Assembly: GCA_026770705.1 (NCBI GenBank)
Contig: JANJGN010000402.1
Coordinates: 310,001 to 374,000 of the forward strand
Reading direction: 5' to 3'
DNA from: Isurus oxyrinchus
Taxonomy: Eukaryota
DNA: 64,000 nt
In this document: in pieces, positions 53,239 to 64,000 of the stretch
Layout of the letters: each line of letters begins with the position of its first letter
Position numbering within the stretch: position 1 is the first letter of the stretch
The notes under the pieces: generated by a model
Told to the model about the DNA's origin: nothing
The model's database searches: none
What the model saw: only the letters and a program-made list of their open reading frames with translations
Program-made: the position numbers and the translations under genes

Positions 53239-54725
53239 AGAAACATAGGACATATGAGCAGGAGGAGGAGATTCGATGCTCTGAAAGTAATCCGCCATTC
53301 AATGTTGTCATGGCTGATTCTCTGTCTTACCACCTACAACGTTCACCCCATTAACCTTGACGTCTTTACACCCCGGAAATTCATATATTCCCTTTTTAAA
53401 TATATGCAGTGATGTGGCCTCCATAGCTTTGTGTGGCAGAGTGCTCCACAGGTTGACAGAGTGAAGATATTTCTCCACCTGTCAGTTGTAAATGGCCTAT
53501 TCCATACCATGAAATCGTGACCCCTTCTTCTAGACCACACAGCCAGAGGAAATATTATCTCTGCATCCAGTCTGTGCAACCCTTCAATAATTGTATATGT
53601 TTCAATGCAATCTCCTCTCATTCGTCTAACCTCCAGCGAATACTACCCTAGTTGGTCCAAAACCTTCCTCATACAACAATGCTGCCATCCCAGGAATCAG
53701 TGAAATATTTAATGCAGTTCCTGAATGGCAAGTATATACTTTCTGTGATAAGGAGACTAAAGCTGCATACAATACTGGAAGGTGGCCTCGCCAATTCCCT
53801 GTGCAGCTGCGGGAAGGCATCTTATGCCAGTGCACTCAAGTCCTCTTGCAATGTAGGCCAATATTCCTTAGACTTCTAAACTGTTTGATGCAACTGCATG
53901 TTTGCTTTCAGTTGTAGGTGGACCCCATGACTGTATGGACGTCAACATTCCCCATTCTATCACCAATTAAATAATTCCCTGGGCTTGCTGTTGTTTCCTA
54001 TCGAAGTGGATAATTTTACACTTATTCTCATTGAACTGCTTTTTCCATGCATTTTCCCACTTACTCAAACAGTCAAAATCACATCTAACACGCTCCTCAT
54101 CGCATAGATTCTCATCAAGTTTGTGTCATCAGAAGGCTTGAAAATACATCTGAATCCGTCATTCCAAACATTGATATATATTTTGAATAGTTGGGGCGCA
54201 AGCAAAGATCACTGTGGTCTCCCACTGCCGGACACTCTGTAAAATACCTATACATTCCTGCTCTCCTCTGCTTTTTGTCTTGTAACAGATTCTCAATCCA
54301 TGCCAATACATTAACCCCAATTTGATGTATTTTAAATTTGTGAATTACCCTCTTATGTGGGACTTCACCAAAAAAATTCTGAAAATTCCAAATACACTAC
54401 AACTCCTGGTTCTTCCTCATCTCTTCTGATAAATACATCCTCAAAAAACTCGAACAAAAAACAGAATTACCTGGAAAAAACTCAGCTCCTTTCTCAAAAA
54501 GCTAGAGTTGGTTTGTCAAGTATGATTTCCATTTTATAAATCTATGTTGATCTAATCCCATTGATCTTTTCTAACTATCCTGTTATCACATCCTTTCAAA
54601 TAGATTTTCGCATTGTCCAGTTACGGTGATCAGCTCAGCAATCTGTAATTTGCTTTCTTCTCTTTCCCTACTTTTACAGAAATATATATTGGCACTTATT
54701 TCCACCTTCCAATCTGCCAGGACTG
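53239..54725 (-). mobile_element. CR1 LINE, antisense
   Basis: Tail agaaacatagga at 53239; MRGDCIETYTIIEGLHRLDAEIIFPL; AWIENLLQDKKQR. Confidence 0.9.
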
Positions 54726-54739
54726 TATCACTCCCAAAT

Positions 54740-55910
54740 CTGTGCAGCCTCCCTCCCTACGCCCACACCGGCTGACATGCTTAACTCATCTCTCTCCCTC
54801 TCCATCTCTCTAAACTCCAACATCCTACTCCCCGTCCATCACAACCGTTCTGTTGCCCTTCCACACTCTACTGCAATTTCTCTCCCCCACTTCTCCCCGT
54901 GTTCGCTCCCTGCAATTCCTTCATACATCCTGCCTCTTCCCACTGCAACCTTCCAATAATCTCCCTCTCCATCTCTCATCATCCAGCTCCTTCACCACAT
55001 TGTCTGCGGTCCTGTTCCCCTCTATTCCCTCCCTCATTTTCAGCCAACGAATCCCTCACTCCTTCAGTTCCTACAAATTTTCTTATCACCTATTTGCTTC
55101 CACTCACCTATCACACTGCCACCATCCATAAAACTAGTCGTCCATCCCTGTGCCAATGTCCCAAATCTCTACCCACACAAATCCACCCGTGGCCTGCTGT
55201 CTGACATTTTTTCCACTATTTCTTAAAATGACTCAATTATCTCTCTATACCAACCATTCGACACTCAGTTTGCTGCTTAACACCCCTCTCCATAGAAACA
55301 TAACCTCCCCTCCTACCCTCCCCCTCTGTTTGTCTCCCAGCCCTCTCAATTGACCCCCACCCCTCCATCCTTATCTATTCCTTCTCTCCCCTTTCTTCCT
55401 GCCCTAAAATGACTTATCGGTCTCCACTCTACCTTCTCTCAAACTTAACCAATCTCTCTCCACATCTCGCCACACTCTACCCATCCCTGGACCTTTGCCC
55501 CACCTTCACACTCACCACCTCCCTCTTTATCCCCCCACCCCCCCCCCCACCTCAGATATCACCATCATCTCCCCCACCAGGATCCTCTTTCGCATTTCGT
55601 TCAAATCTCATACTACAACAGCTCCCTCCCACTCACCAAACTGTATTACATTCACCTCGCTCACTCTCACCACGCTCTCTCTGCCCACACCCATTATCCT
55701 TTGGTCATCATCACACCAGCTGACACCGAGCCTCACTACCAAGTTTCACAACTCTATTGCTCTCCTAAATGTCCTTCGCCAACCCATTCCGTCTTCCCGA
55801 ACACTCTCCCAAGGCAAACAGCCTTCATACCACACCGTCTCCAAGTGTACTCCCTTGTCACTGCCCTTGCGTTTGTTCTCCCCCCTTAGCAGGTCCCTCT
55901 ATTTCTTCCC
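54740..55910. repeat. C/T-rich low-complexity tract
   Basis: About 1.2 kb pyrimidine-rich, G-poor sequence. Confidence 0.85.
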
Positions 55911-55912
55911 AG

Positions 55913-56168
55913 TACACACTGCCCTTCCCTTTGTCACTCTCACTGAAGATCGCAGGGTGTACACCCAGTGCATGGCGCTCATTGACTCTTAGTTTGGGGG
56001 CCTGCAAGTGCTAAGGAATCCTTACCCCATTATGGTTTTTGTTCAAAGAATGGAAAACAGCTAAAATCCCGAGGTTAGGCAGAGTGATGCCTTCGATATC
56101 AGGGCAGCATTTGGCCGAATTTGGCAGCAGTCAGCTCCGGAATAGCAGGAGTCAATGGAGTACAATGG
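55913..56168 (+). pseudogene. Candidate MHC class I alpha1-like exon remnant
   Basis: Acceptor atttcttcccag, phase 1, about 85 codons in one frame: HTALPFVTLTEDRRVYTQCMALIDS*FGG..QRMENS*NPEVR..; three in-frame stops; donor degenerate. Confidence 0.35.
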
Positions 56169-56229
56169 GTTTTGGGGGGGGTGGTGGAGGGGGGTCGCGA
56201 AATCTTCCCTGCTTGCAGTCATAAATGGA

Positions 56230-57230
56230 ACAAATGAAGATGGTGTGTTTGTAGGGGGGTCAATCATCTCAGTCCCATAATATCAGTGCAGCTGTTCTTC
56301 AGGGTCGTGTCTGCAAGAGCCAAGTCTGACTGCTCCGTCAGTGACCTTCCTTCTATCATAGGGACAGAAGTGGCTGATGATTACAAAATGCTCACTACTA
56401 TTAGGGGTACCTCAGATATTGAAGCAGTGCTTGTCCAAATGCAGCAACAACTGGGCAAATACCGACTTGGGCTGATAAGTAGCAAGTAATATCCATGCTA
56501 CACAAGTACCAGAAAAGGACTATTTCCAACAAGAGAGAATTAACATATCGGCGCTTGAAGTTAATCTCATTCCTATGAACGAATCCCCCTCTATCAACAG
56601 CCTGTGTGTTACCAATGACCAAAAAACAGAAGTGGAATCGGCCTATAAATTTATAGAGGATCGGAAACCTGAAGGGAGTAACTCACCTCCTGACTCCCCG
56701 TCCACCAATTCAAGCCAAAACTCAGTAGAGTGATGGAATACCCTGCAATTGCACTGATGAGTGCATCGCACACAAACCCCAAGAAGCTTCGCACCATGCA
56801 GAACAGAGCAGCCGATTTATTGGAAACCCTTCCACAGACATTCAGTCCATCCACCAACAAAGTGCAGTGGCAGCAGGTTGTATCCTTTACAAGGTGGACT
56901 GCTGAAACACAGCTTATTGAGCACCATCCACGTTCAGGACCACTTCCAACGATGAAGGCAAAGGAAGCTGAAAGATTCTAATACCTTCTGGAAGTTCCCC
57001 TCCATGACACCTACCACACTGGCTTGGAAACATATTGCCATTCCTGCACTGTTGCTGGGTCAAAATTCTGCAACTCCCCTCCAAACAGTTCTGTAGGTAT
57101 ACGTAGAGCACTCTGACTGCAGTGGTTCAAGAAGGCCGCATCCCATTACAGTGTCAAGTGCAAATTCGGATTTGGAAATAACGTCTGGCCTAACCAATGC
57201 TGCTCACATACCACAAATGTATTGAAATTA
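56230..57230 (+). mobile_element. Second LINE family, 3' portion
   Basis: VMEYPAIALMSAS..KLRTMQNRAA; 3' tail ggttcaagaagg...ctggcctaacca. Confidence 0.85.
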
Positions 57231-57414
57231 AATGTGGGCAAGTGACGAGTAAATTTAGTTTAAGCATATCCGACATAAGTGTGTTTTCAACTGGGACAGA
57301 ATCAATAGGCGAAATGCCCAGTCTTGCTCATGTGTTTTATGTTCTTTGCGAACAAAGACAAAGGCGGATATAATAAACCAGAGAACAAAAAAGAACACGA
57401 GAACAAAATAACTG

Positions 57415-58300
57415 GTAACATAAGTAATCCAAACGTCCCATTGCGCCTGCTCTGTCATTCAGTACGATCAAGGTTGATCTTCGGCCTCAACTCCATTTTC
57501 CCTCCCGCTCCCCATGTCCCATAATTCCCAGAGACACCAAGATCGGTCTTTCTCTGCCTTAACTGTATTCTACTGACAGACATTTACAAGCCTCTGGAGT
57601 GGAGAAAACTGGAGCTGCACAGCCCTTTGAATGAAGTAACGTCCCCTGATCTGAGCTCTAAAAGGAGAAGCAAGACGGAGTACCATTTTCCCTGGACTAG
57701 TATTTCATAGACCCAGAATGGTACTCTGTGACATGAGCTCAAATTCTGTAAAGATAAATGTGAAATTTTGGTTCAAAGAACATCTCTAATTGCAACACTA
57801 ATGATGAACATAAATCCATTGCCGATTCCCTAAAGAAAATGTAGTTCACTCATGTCCTTAAGGGAAGGAAGGTCGTCTGCAATCGTTACCTGATCTGTGT
57901 CTCTGAACAAGGACAGCTAGAAATGGATGGCCAATAATTCTGGCCGGGACAGCAGTGCCTGCATTTCACTTATGAATAATATTTAAAAAAAAGAGATCAT
58001 GTGACTGCATCCCTGTGTTAGAAACTCTCAACCAGGGGACAAAGTCTCTGTGCACCCACCATGAAAAGCACCGACAGAATCCAATTTGTTTCCATGAGAA
58101 CTTATTTTCTGTTTTTCTAAGCTCCAGAGACATTACTCTCAGTGCAATCAGCTTTTTATCATATGATAATGCCCTCACCTCAGGGACTAATTTTGTGAAC
58201 TTTAGTTGCAGCACCACCATTGCAATTATATCCATTCTAAAGTCTGGAGATAAACACTGCAAAATGATTCCATAGGTATTATCAGCAAAAAGCTCTGCAG
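57415..58300 (-). mobile_element. Antisense CR1 fragment with a nested sense tRNA-SINE (about 57675-57965)
   Basis: Minus LQLKFTKLVPEVRALSY; SINE ctggactagt..gacccag..gttcact.atgtcctt.agggaagg. Confidence 0.65.
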
Positions 58301-58789
58301 GTGCAGCAACACTGGCAGTCTCTCACCAACACCTCCGATAGCACTACCGCACCTACTACCCCTCACAACCCACAAACCCCTCCCACCACCCCCCACTGTA
58401 CTGCCCCGGCACTATCCCCACCTTATTGCACTGTACAACCCCAGCATACACACTCCTGCCCCTATTCCAGCCCCACAAGCCCACCACCACCTATCGACCA
58501 GAAACATCCCCATTACGCTCCCCAATTGTACACCTGGATCTCCAAATGGCTCCACTGGTTTGGCAATCTGTTCCCAAATCCGAGATGTTCTCCTGCACCC
58601 CTTCTCTCCAATTTGGCCAGGAACCTAAACCTCAAGAACTCATTATCACCAACCGTTGCAGCTCCAAAACCTATTGCCAGCATCAGTGCCGCTGATGCTA
58701 TGAAAAAATACAGCAAAATTGTAGTTTCCCTTTTGGACTGAAATATTCTTCATGAGGCCCACAAGGAGCAAGAGGGGGAGGGGCTGGTG

Positions 58790-59370
58790 TTCGTGGAGAA
58801 GTGGAGCTGGGAGTGTAGAGCTAGGATGCGATATTGGGATTCAATTTTGGAGATTGATTGTGTTCCAGCGACTGAGCAGGTGAGAGGGAGTACTCGAGGG
58901 TTTGGAGATTGGATGTTTTATCGGGTTTCTATGTTGGAGACTGAAGGTGTTCCAGGGACATTGCTGTGGAGGGGAGAAACCTGAATTTTGGTGATGGCAT
59001 GGGGTATTGTGTTTCCAGGTTGGAGAGTACTGGTCCTCCAGTGACTCAACAAGAGAGGGAGAGGAGCCAAGTGTTTGGAGAATGGATCTGATATGGGGAA
59101 ATAATTTTGGAGGGTGCTGGTGTTCCAGCGAAACAGCAGATGAGGGAGAGGAGCTAGTGATTTGGAGATTGGAAATGATATTGGCATTCAAGTTTCCGGA
59201 GTGTTGCTGTTTAAGTGACAGAGCCGGGGAGAGAGCGGAGCTGGAGGTTTGCAGATGGGATGTTATTTCCGGATTCCAGGTATGAGAATACTGGCATTCC
59301 AGGGACACCACCGGGGTGGGAGGGGAGCTGGACGTTTTGTAATGAGATATGACATCCGGATACTAGTTTG
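58790..59370. repeat. Degenerate ~87-bp tandem repeat, about 6-7 copies; further copies at 61120-61280
   Basis: tgttccag.ga recurs at about 58861, 58948, 59034, 59121, 59208 and 59294. Confidence 0.8.
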
Positions 59371-59399
59371 TACTGTGCTGATGGGCTGCATTTTCAACC

Positions 59400-60850
59400 A
59401 AAATCATTCGATTTTTACATTGATTTGAAGCAACTTCACAAATGTCCACAGTTTTGACTTTGTCTGGGGTAAAAAAGAATACAGGACGTTATTATACAGC
59501 TACAACAAGCTAATACAGAGGGAAAAAAATAGAATGTTTTACTAAAGAATTGGATTGTGATGGAAATTACTGTACAATTAAACAGGGCATTGAGAAGTCC
59601 ACAGCTTGTGTCTTCTGGACCATTTTCCACACCTTCCGTAAGGAAAGTTATACACCCCCTGGAGAGAATGCTTTGAAGATTCACTGCACTATTTTTGATC
59701 TCGAGAGGGATTTCTTATGAGATGAAAATGAATGGGCTGCGAATATATTGACTATTTCCAGAATGAGCGTAGAACAAATAGAAATTCTCAATAGGCTTGA
59801 CAGGATCCTTGTTGAAATAATGTTTTCTCTTGGGTTGCAGATTCTAGAACACTGTTTTTGTAACAGAATGAGTGGAAATCCGCTAACGACTGAGTTGAAG
59901 AATAATTTAAATGCTCCAAGGGACGTGAACCTTTGTAAGTCAATATCACAGGGAAGTGTGGGCGCTCAAATTTTGACATTATTGAAGACATAGTTGACGG
60001 ATATTTGAATGCTGAGGGAATCATGTATAAGTTTTCTGGTTAGGGTTAGGATTAGGATAGGGTTAGAGTAAGTGTTAGATTTAGGGTTAGGTTTCGAGTT
60101 AGGGTTAAGGTTAGTGTGGGGAAAGTGAAGTTGATGTACATTTGACATGAATATGTTGAGTGGTGGAGCAGGAGCGATGGACCAAGTAACCACGCCTGCT
60201 CCTGTTAATTCTGTCCTGAGAACAGAGACAATGACAGGGACAATGAAGCAGAATGGAAGAACAGGCAACCACAAGGATTGTGAGCAGTAGAGGACGCACG
60301 ACCCATAGAGCCTGCCCCACCTTCAAATACCATCATAGCTGACCTTGGTTTCAACTCCATTTTCCCACCTTTCCCCCAAATCCACAAATTCCCTGAGACA
60401 GCCTCCAATTTTCTATACAAAATTTAAATGTATTGAAAGAAGGAACTTCCAAAACCCCCTGGCATTGAGAAAGCCAAAGATTCATTACCCTTTGTGTGAA
60501 GTAGTTATACCTCATCGCAGACAGAAATGATGTGTCCCTTAACCTCAGCCTGTGCCACCGTGCTTAGACAACCAACGAGCAGAAACCACGTCTCCACACC
60601 CAATCTGTAAAAAACATTCCTGAATCTTGAGGGATTTATTGAAGTCAACTCGCATTCATCTAGCACCCAGTGATTATCTGCTAAATTTACTCAGCGTCTT
60701 ATTATAAGGCAGCGGGCTCATCCCAGGGCCTGGTCTAGCGAAGCTTAACCGTAACATCTGCATTGCGAGTATAATCTTTTATTGTTAAATGTGAAGACAT
60801 CAACTATAGACATTCTTCCAGATGCCCTCTGAGGAAAGCTGTATGGATTT
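59400..60850. mobile_element. Old CR1 fragments: sense 59400-60200, antisense 60270-60850
   Basis: ILNRLDRILVEIMFSL motif; opposed 3' UTR tails meeting near 60200-60300. Confidence 0.6.
60038..60114 (+). repeat. Degenerate interstitial telomeric (TTAGGG)n tract
   Basis: About 12 in-register hexamers: ggttagggttaggattaggatagggttag...ttagggttag...ttagggttaagg. Confidence 0.75.
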
Positions 60851-61769
60851 TAGGAATGACCCTGCCCTTCCTCGCCCTAACCACCAACGCATCCCCCGCC
60901 TCACAGCACCCACCCTGACCCTACTCACTCATGTCACAACCAGGATCCGAGTGGTATCCCTGGTTTGGCAGAAACCAATCTTGCCCAACTTCAAACCCGC
61001 CCTCCTGCCTTCGGATTTTTTCCTCTGCCCTTGCACTCATGCCCCACACCTTCATACAGACCCCATGGACCCGATCATTCCAGGTTTCACCCGCCCTAAA
61101 ATAATGAGTAAGAAGATCCAAAGATTAGGGGATATGGGATGATAGCGAGGTACCAGGTTGGAGAGTGCTGGTGCTCCACGGAGATGACAAGGGACAGTGG
61201 AAGCCGAGGGATTGGAGATGGGATGTGATATCTGTAATACAGTTTGCAGGGTGCTGGAGATTCATTGACAGAGCTGCAATTAAAACAAAATAAAACTGAT
61301 TTTCACATGTATTGGGAAAAAAAAACTTAGCAAATGTCCGCAGCTTGGAAATTGATTAGGAGACGTAATTCACAGGAACTTCTTATGCAGCTAAAACTAA
61401 CTAATAGAAAGGAAATTGTACAACTGGATACATTGCTAAGGAATTCGATTCAAAGGGGATATAAATCTTCTTAGAATTATAGAGGGCTTTGGTGAGGCTA
61501 CACAGATTGTTTTTTGAAAGGCCTTGCCCTCCTTCCATCAGTAAGGATATACTTCCCCGGGAGAGATTTCAGATGAGTGCCAGGTTTATCTATTTGAAAC
61601 GTAGTTCCTCATTAGTGGCTCAATGCTTCCAGACGAGATGTCTCCAATACAATTGAATGCCCCCCTCACCCAAACGCAATGAGAAACAACCAGAAATTAT
61701 ACACACACCACTGTTTACCTGTCTTTACAATAATCCACAATAATATGTTATATGTTATTATGTTTTCTT

Positions 61770-63295
61770 TTTACACCCCTCTCTTTACTGGAAAATTGTC
61801 AGTAATATTTTCTCATCCAGGCAAATGTATAAACTGTAGATTACGCGTTTGTAGCAACAAATCCATCTGAACATCCATGAACTTCTCTCTCAAAGTCTGC
61901 CCAGAAACTGTGAACGATTGTGGTCTGTAAGATTAACTGTTTCTGATGAATCATTTTCAATGAGAATTTCAAAATGCTGCAATGCTAATAACAGTCCAAG
62001 AGCCAATTTGTTGAATATCTTCTCTGTTGTAAGTTAAGCTTCCTTGAAAGAAGCATTTTTGTGTATAATTTCGATTTTCGCTTTCTTCCAACTGTGTGGC
62101 CCTAACATATTTATGGTTCATGTCAATAACCAACCTGAATTGCTTGGCATAATTTTCTATTGCAAAAAGTGGTACCGTAGTTCATAACGTTTTCACACTT
62201 TCAAATGCCTTCTGGAAGTCCAGTGTCTATTGAAATGTCTTGTTGTTTAATTTAAGAAATTAATCAGTGGAGAAAACACACTGTTACAATGCTGTACAAA
62301 TTTCAGGTAAAACACACTCATGCCCAGAAACGCCAATGCTTCTCTTTTTGTTGCAGGCATGCAGCATCAGCCTGAACGACCATACCATGCCTAATGCCAT
62401 AGCCTATTTATATGATTTGTGCTTTTGCAGATTCTCTTTCTGCGAACTTCACGATCAAATTAGCTCCTGGTAGGCGACTGAATAATTCACCCAATTTCTG
62501 GAAATTCTCAGCTCACTTTGAACTGAAACCTATCAGGCCACGTCGGTAAAACGGACAATTGTTCATTTCTGCAGTTATTTGGCTTGTCCTTCTTTGAAAT
62601 GTTGCAATTGCAACACCTTTATAGCAAATGGCATTTCTTACACAGATACAATCGATTTTGTCTCATTGTAGGCAATGTGTGCTTTGCACTCTCTGATAAT
62701 GGTTCTTTCCAAAATCCTCTCAGCAAGTTAATTTTGTGATAAGCTTTGGTTGTCCCACTTCCTGATTGGAATCTTCCAACATTGGTTGAGGATATGATTC
62801 CGCTGTTTTCAGTGCATTAACCTTTCATTATCCACACACAGCCTTTGTGTTCCATTGGTTTTTCTGTACTGTCACCATTTGTTAATTGCAGTTACTGTGA
62901 CTAGACTCAATGATGTCATTTTGTAAGATGATTACCATTTAATTCAGTACCTGCAATAACATTGTCAGATTTAATTTATCAGGAATTTTCAAGATGAAAC
63001 TTCTACACAGATAAGTTGTATAGCTAAATTTGTCATTCCTTTTTCCACAAATAACTCTTCGTGTGTGCAATATCATTTCAAAATCACTATGACAATTCTC
63101 TGCATGATAAATCAATGTTAAGTATACATTTTCATTTAACCCCTCATTATCCAATTTTCATAGGGTAAATTTAATTTCAACATACTTCATTCCTATCCCT
63201 TTCATTGCATCTTCCAACATTAATATCTCATTTTGTTCATGTTGCCTCTGTCAGTGCTTTTATAAGCCGGTTTATACTGCAGACCATCTGTTCCT
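61770..63295 (-). pseudogene. Gypsy (Gmr1-like) pol remnant, copy 2
   Basis: Collinear with 33270-34500; adds RNase H KLNLQQRRYST..LLLALQHFEI..TDHN..FRW..IHLPG*EN. Confidence 0.85.
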
Positions 63296-64000
63296 TCCTA
63301 AAGGACTGAACGACTCGAAGGGGTCCTGCTAAAATACGTAGGCAGCCACGGGGTTCCCCTTTAAATGCTGACACATTACCCAGCGATCCCAAGAAATAAT
63401 GCAACGCTTCCCGGGGGTCCAATATGGATAGTAAGACATTCCCCGGAATCCCCTGTAAATGCTGGCATACTCCCAGGTGTTCCGCTATAAATAGCGACTT
63501 TGGAATCCCCCATAAACACGGAGACACACACTTGGGATCCGTAGAATTATCGACACACTGCTTGGGGTTACACTATAAAGACTGAGAAATCCCAGCCGAT
63601 TCCATAAAAATACTAACACCGTCCACGGGAAGAGATACAAATACTTACAAACTGCCCAGAGATTTCCAACAGACACTGAGGCATTTGTGGGGAAACCCTG
63701 TAAATACTGAGAGATAACCGAAGCTGAAATTATAAAAAAAAATGACACACTCCAGAGGATAGCTTACAAACACTGTGGCATTTCCTGGGGACCAGCATAA
63801 ATAATGCTCACCCCTGGGGATCACTTGTGAAAACTGAGACGGTCCCTGGGGATTCCTTATGTAAATTGAAACACTCCCAGAAGATCGCCTATAAATACTG
63901 CGGAACTCCATAGGGACCACTATAAATATTGACAAACTCCCAATGGATCCACTATAAATACTGAGTCAACCAAACGCACTCCCCAGGAAACACTGTAAAT
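63296..64000. repeat. 31-32 bp minisatellite, paralog of block 1
   Basis: Collinear with 34510-35250. Confidence 0.9.

Overview
Repeat-saturated vertebrate DNA with no intact host gene. The CR1/L2 LINE, tRNA-SINE and Penelope-derived repeat content points to a cartilaginous fish (inference). Main contents: (1) a near-complete but decayed epsilon-like endogenous retrovirus (12234-21270, minus) with both LTRs, tRNA-Ser(GCU) PBS, PPT, gag-pro-pol-env and a 5-bp TSD, inserted in a CR1 and carrying a 2H-phosphoesterase-like segment between protease and RT; (2) an older, pol-less LTR element (24704-28640, plus) with a tRNA-Ser(AGA)-like PBS and a long non-gamma-type env remnant; (3) two paralogous Gmr1-type Gypsy pol remnants, each fused to a degenerate 31-32 bp minisatellite; (4) a perfect 17-copy 48-bp repeat built from a CR1 3' UTR; (5) lower-confidence decayed coding remnants: MHC class I-like exons, a Ulp1/SENP-like protease domain and a hAT-like transposase. 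Shared repeat junctions indicate old segmental duplications. Most short ORFs in the track are LINE fragments or low-complexity noise. Boundaries of old repeats are approximate, and all family assignments come from by-eye translation and motif recall, not database searches.
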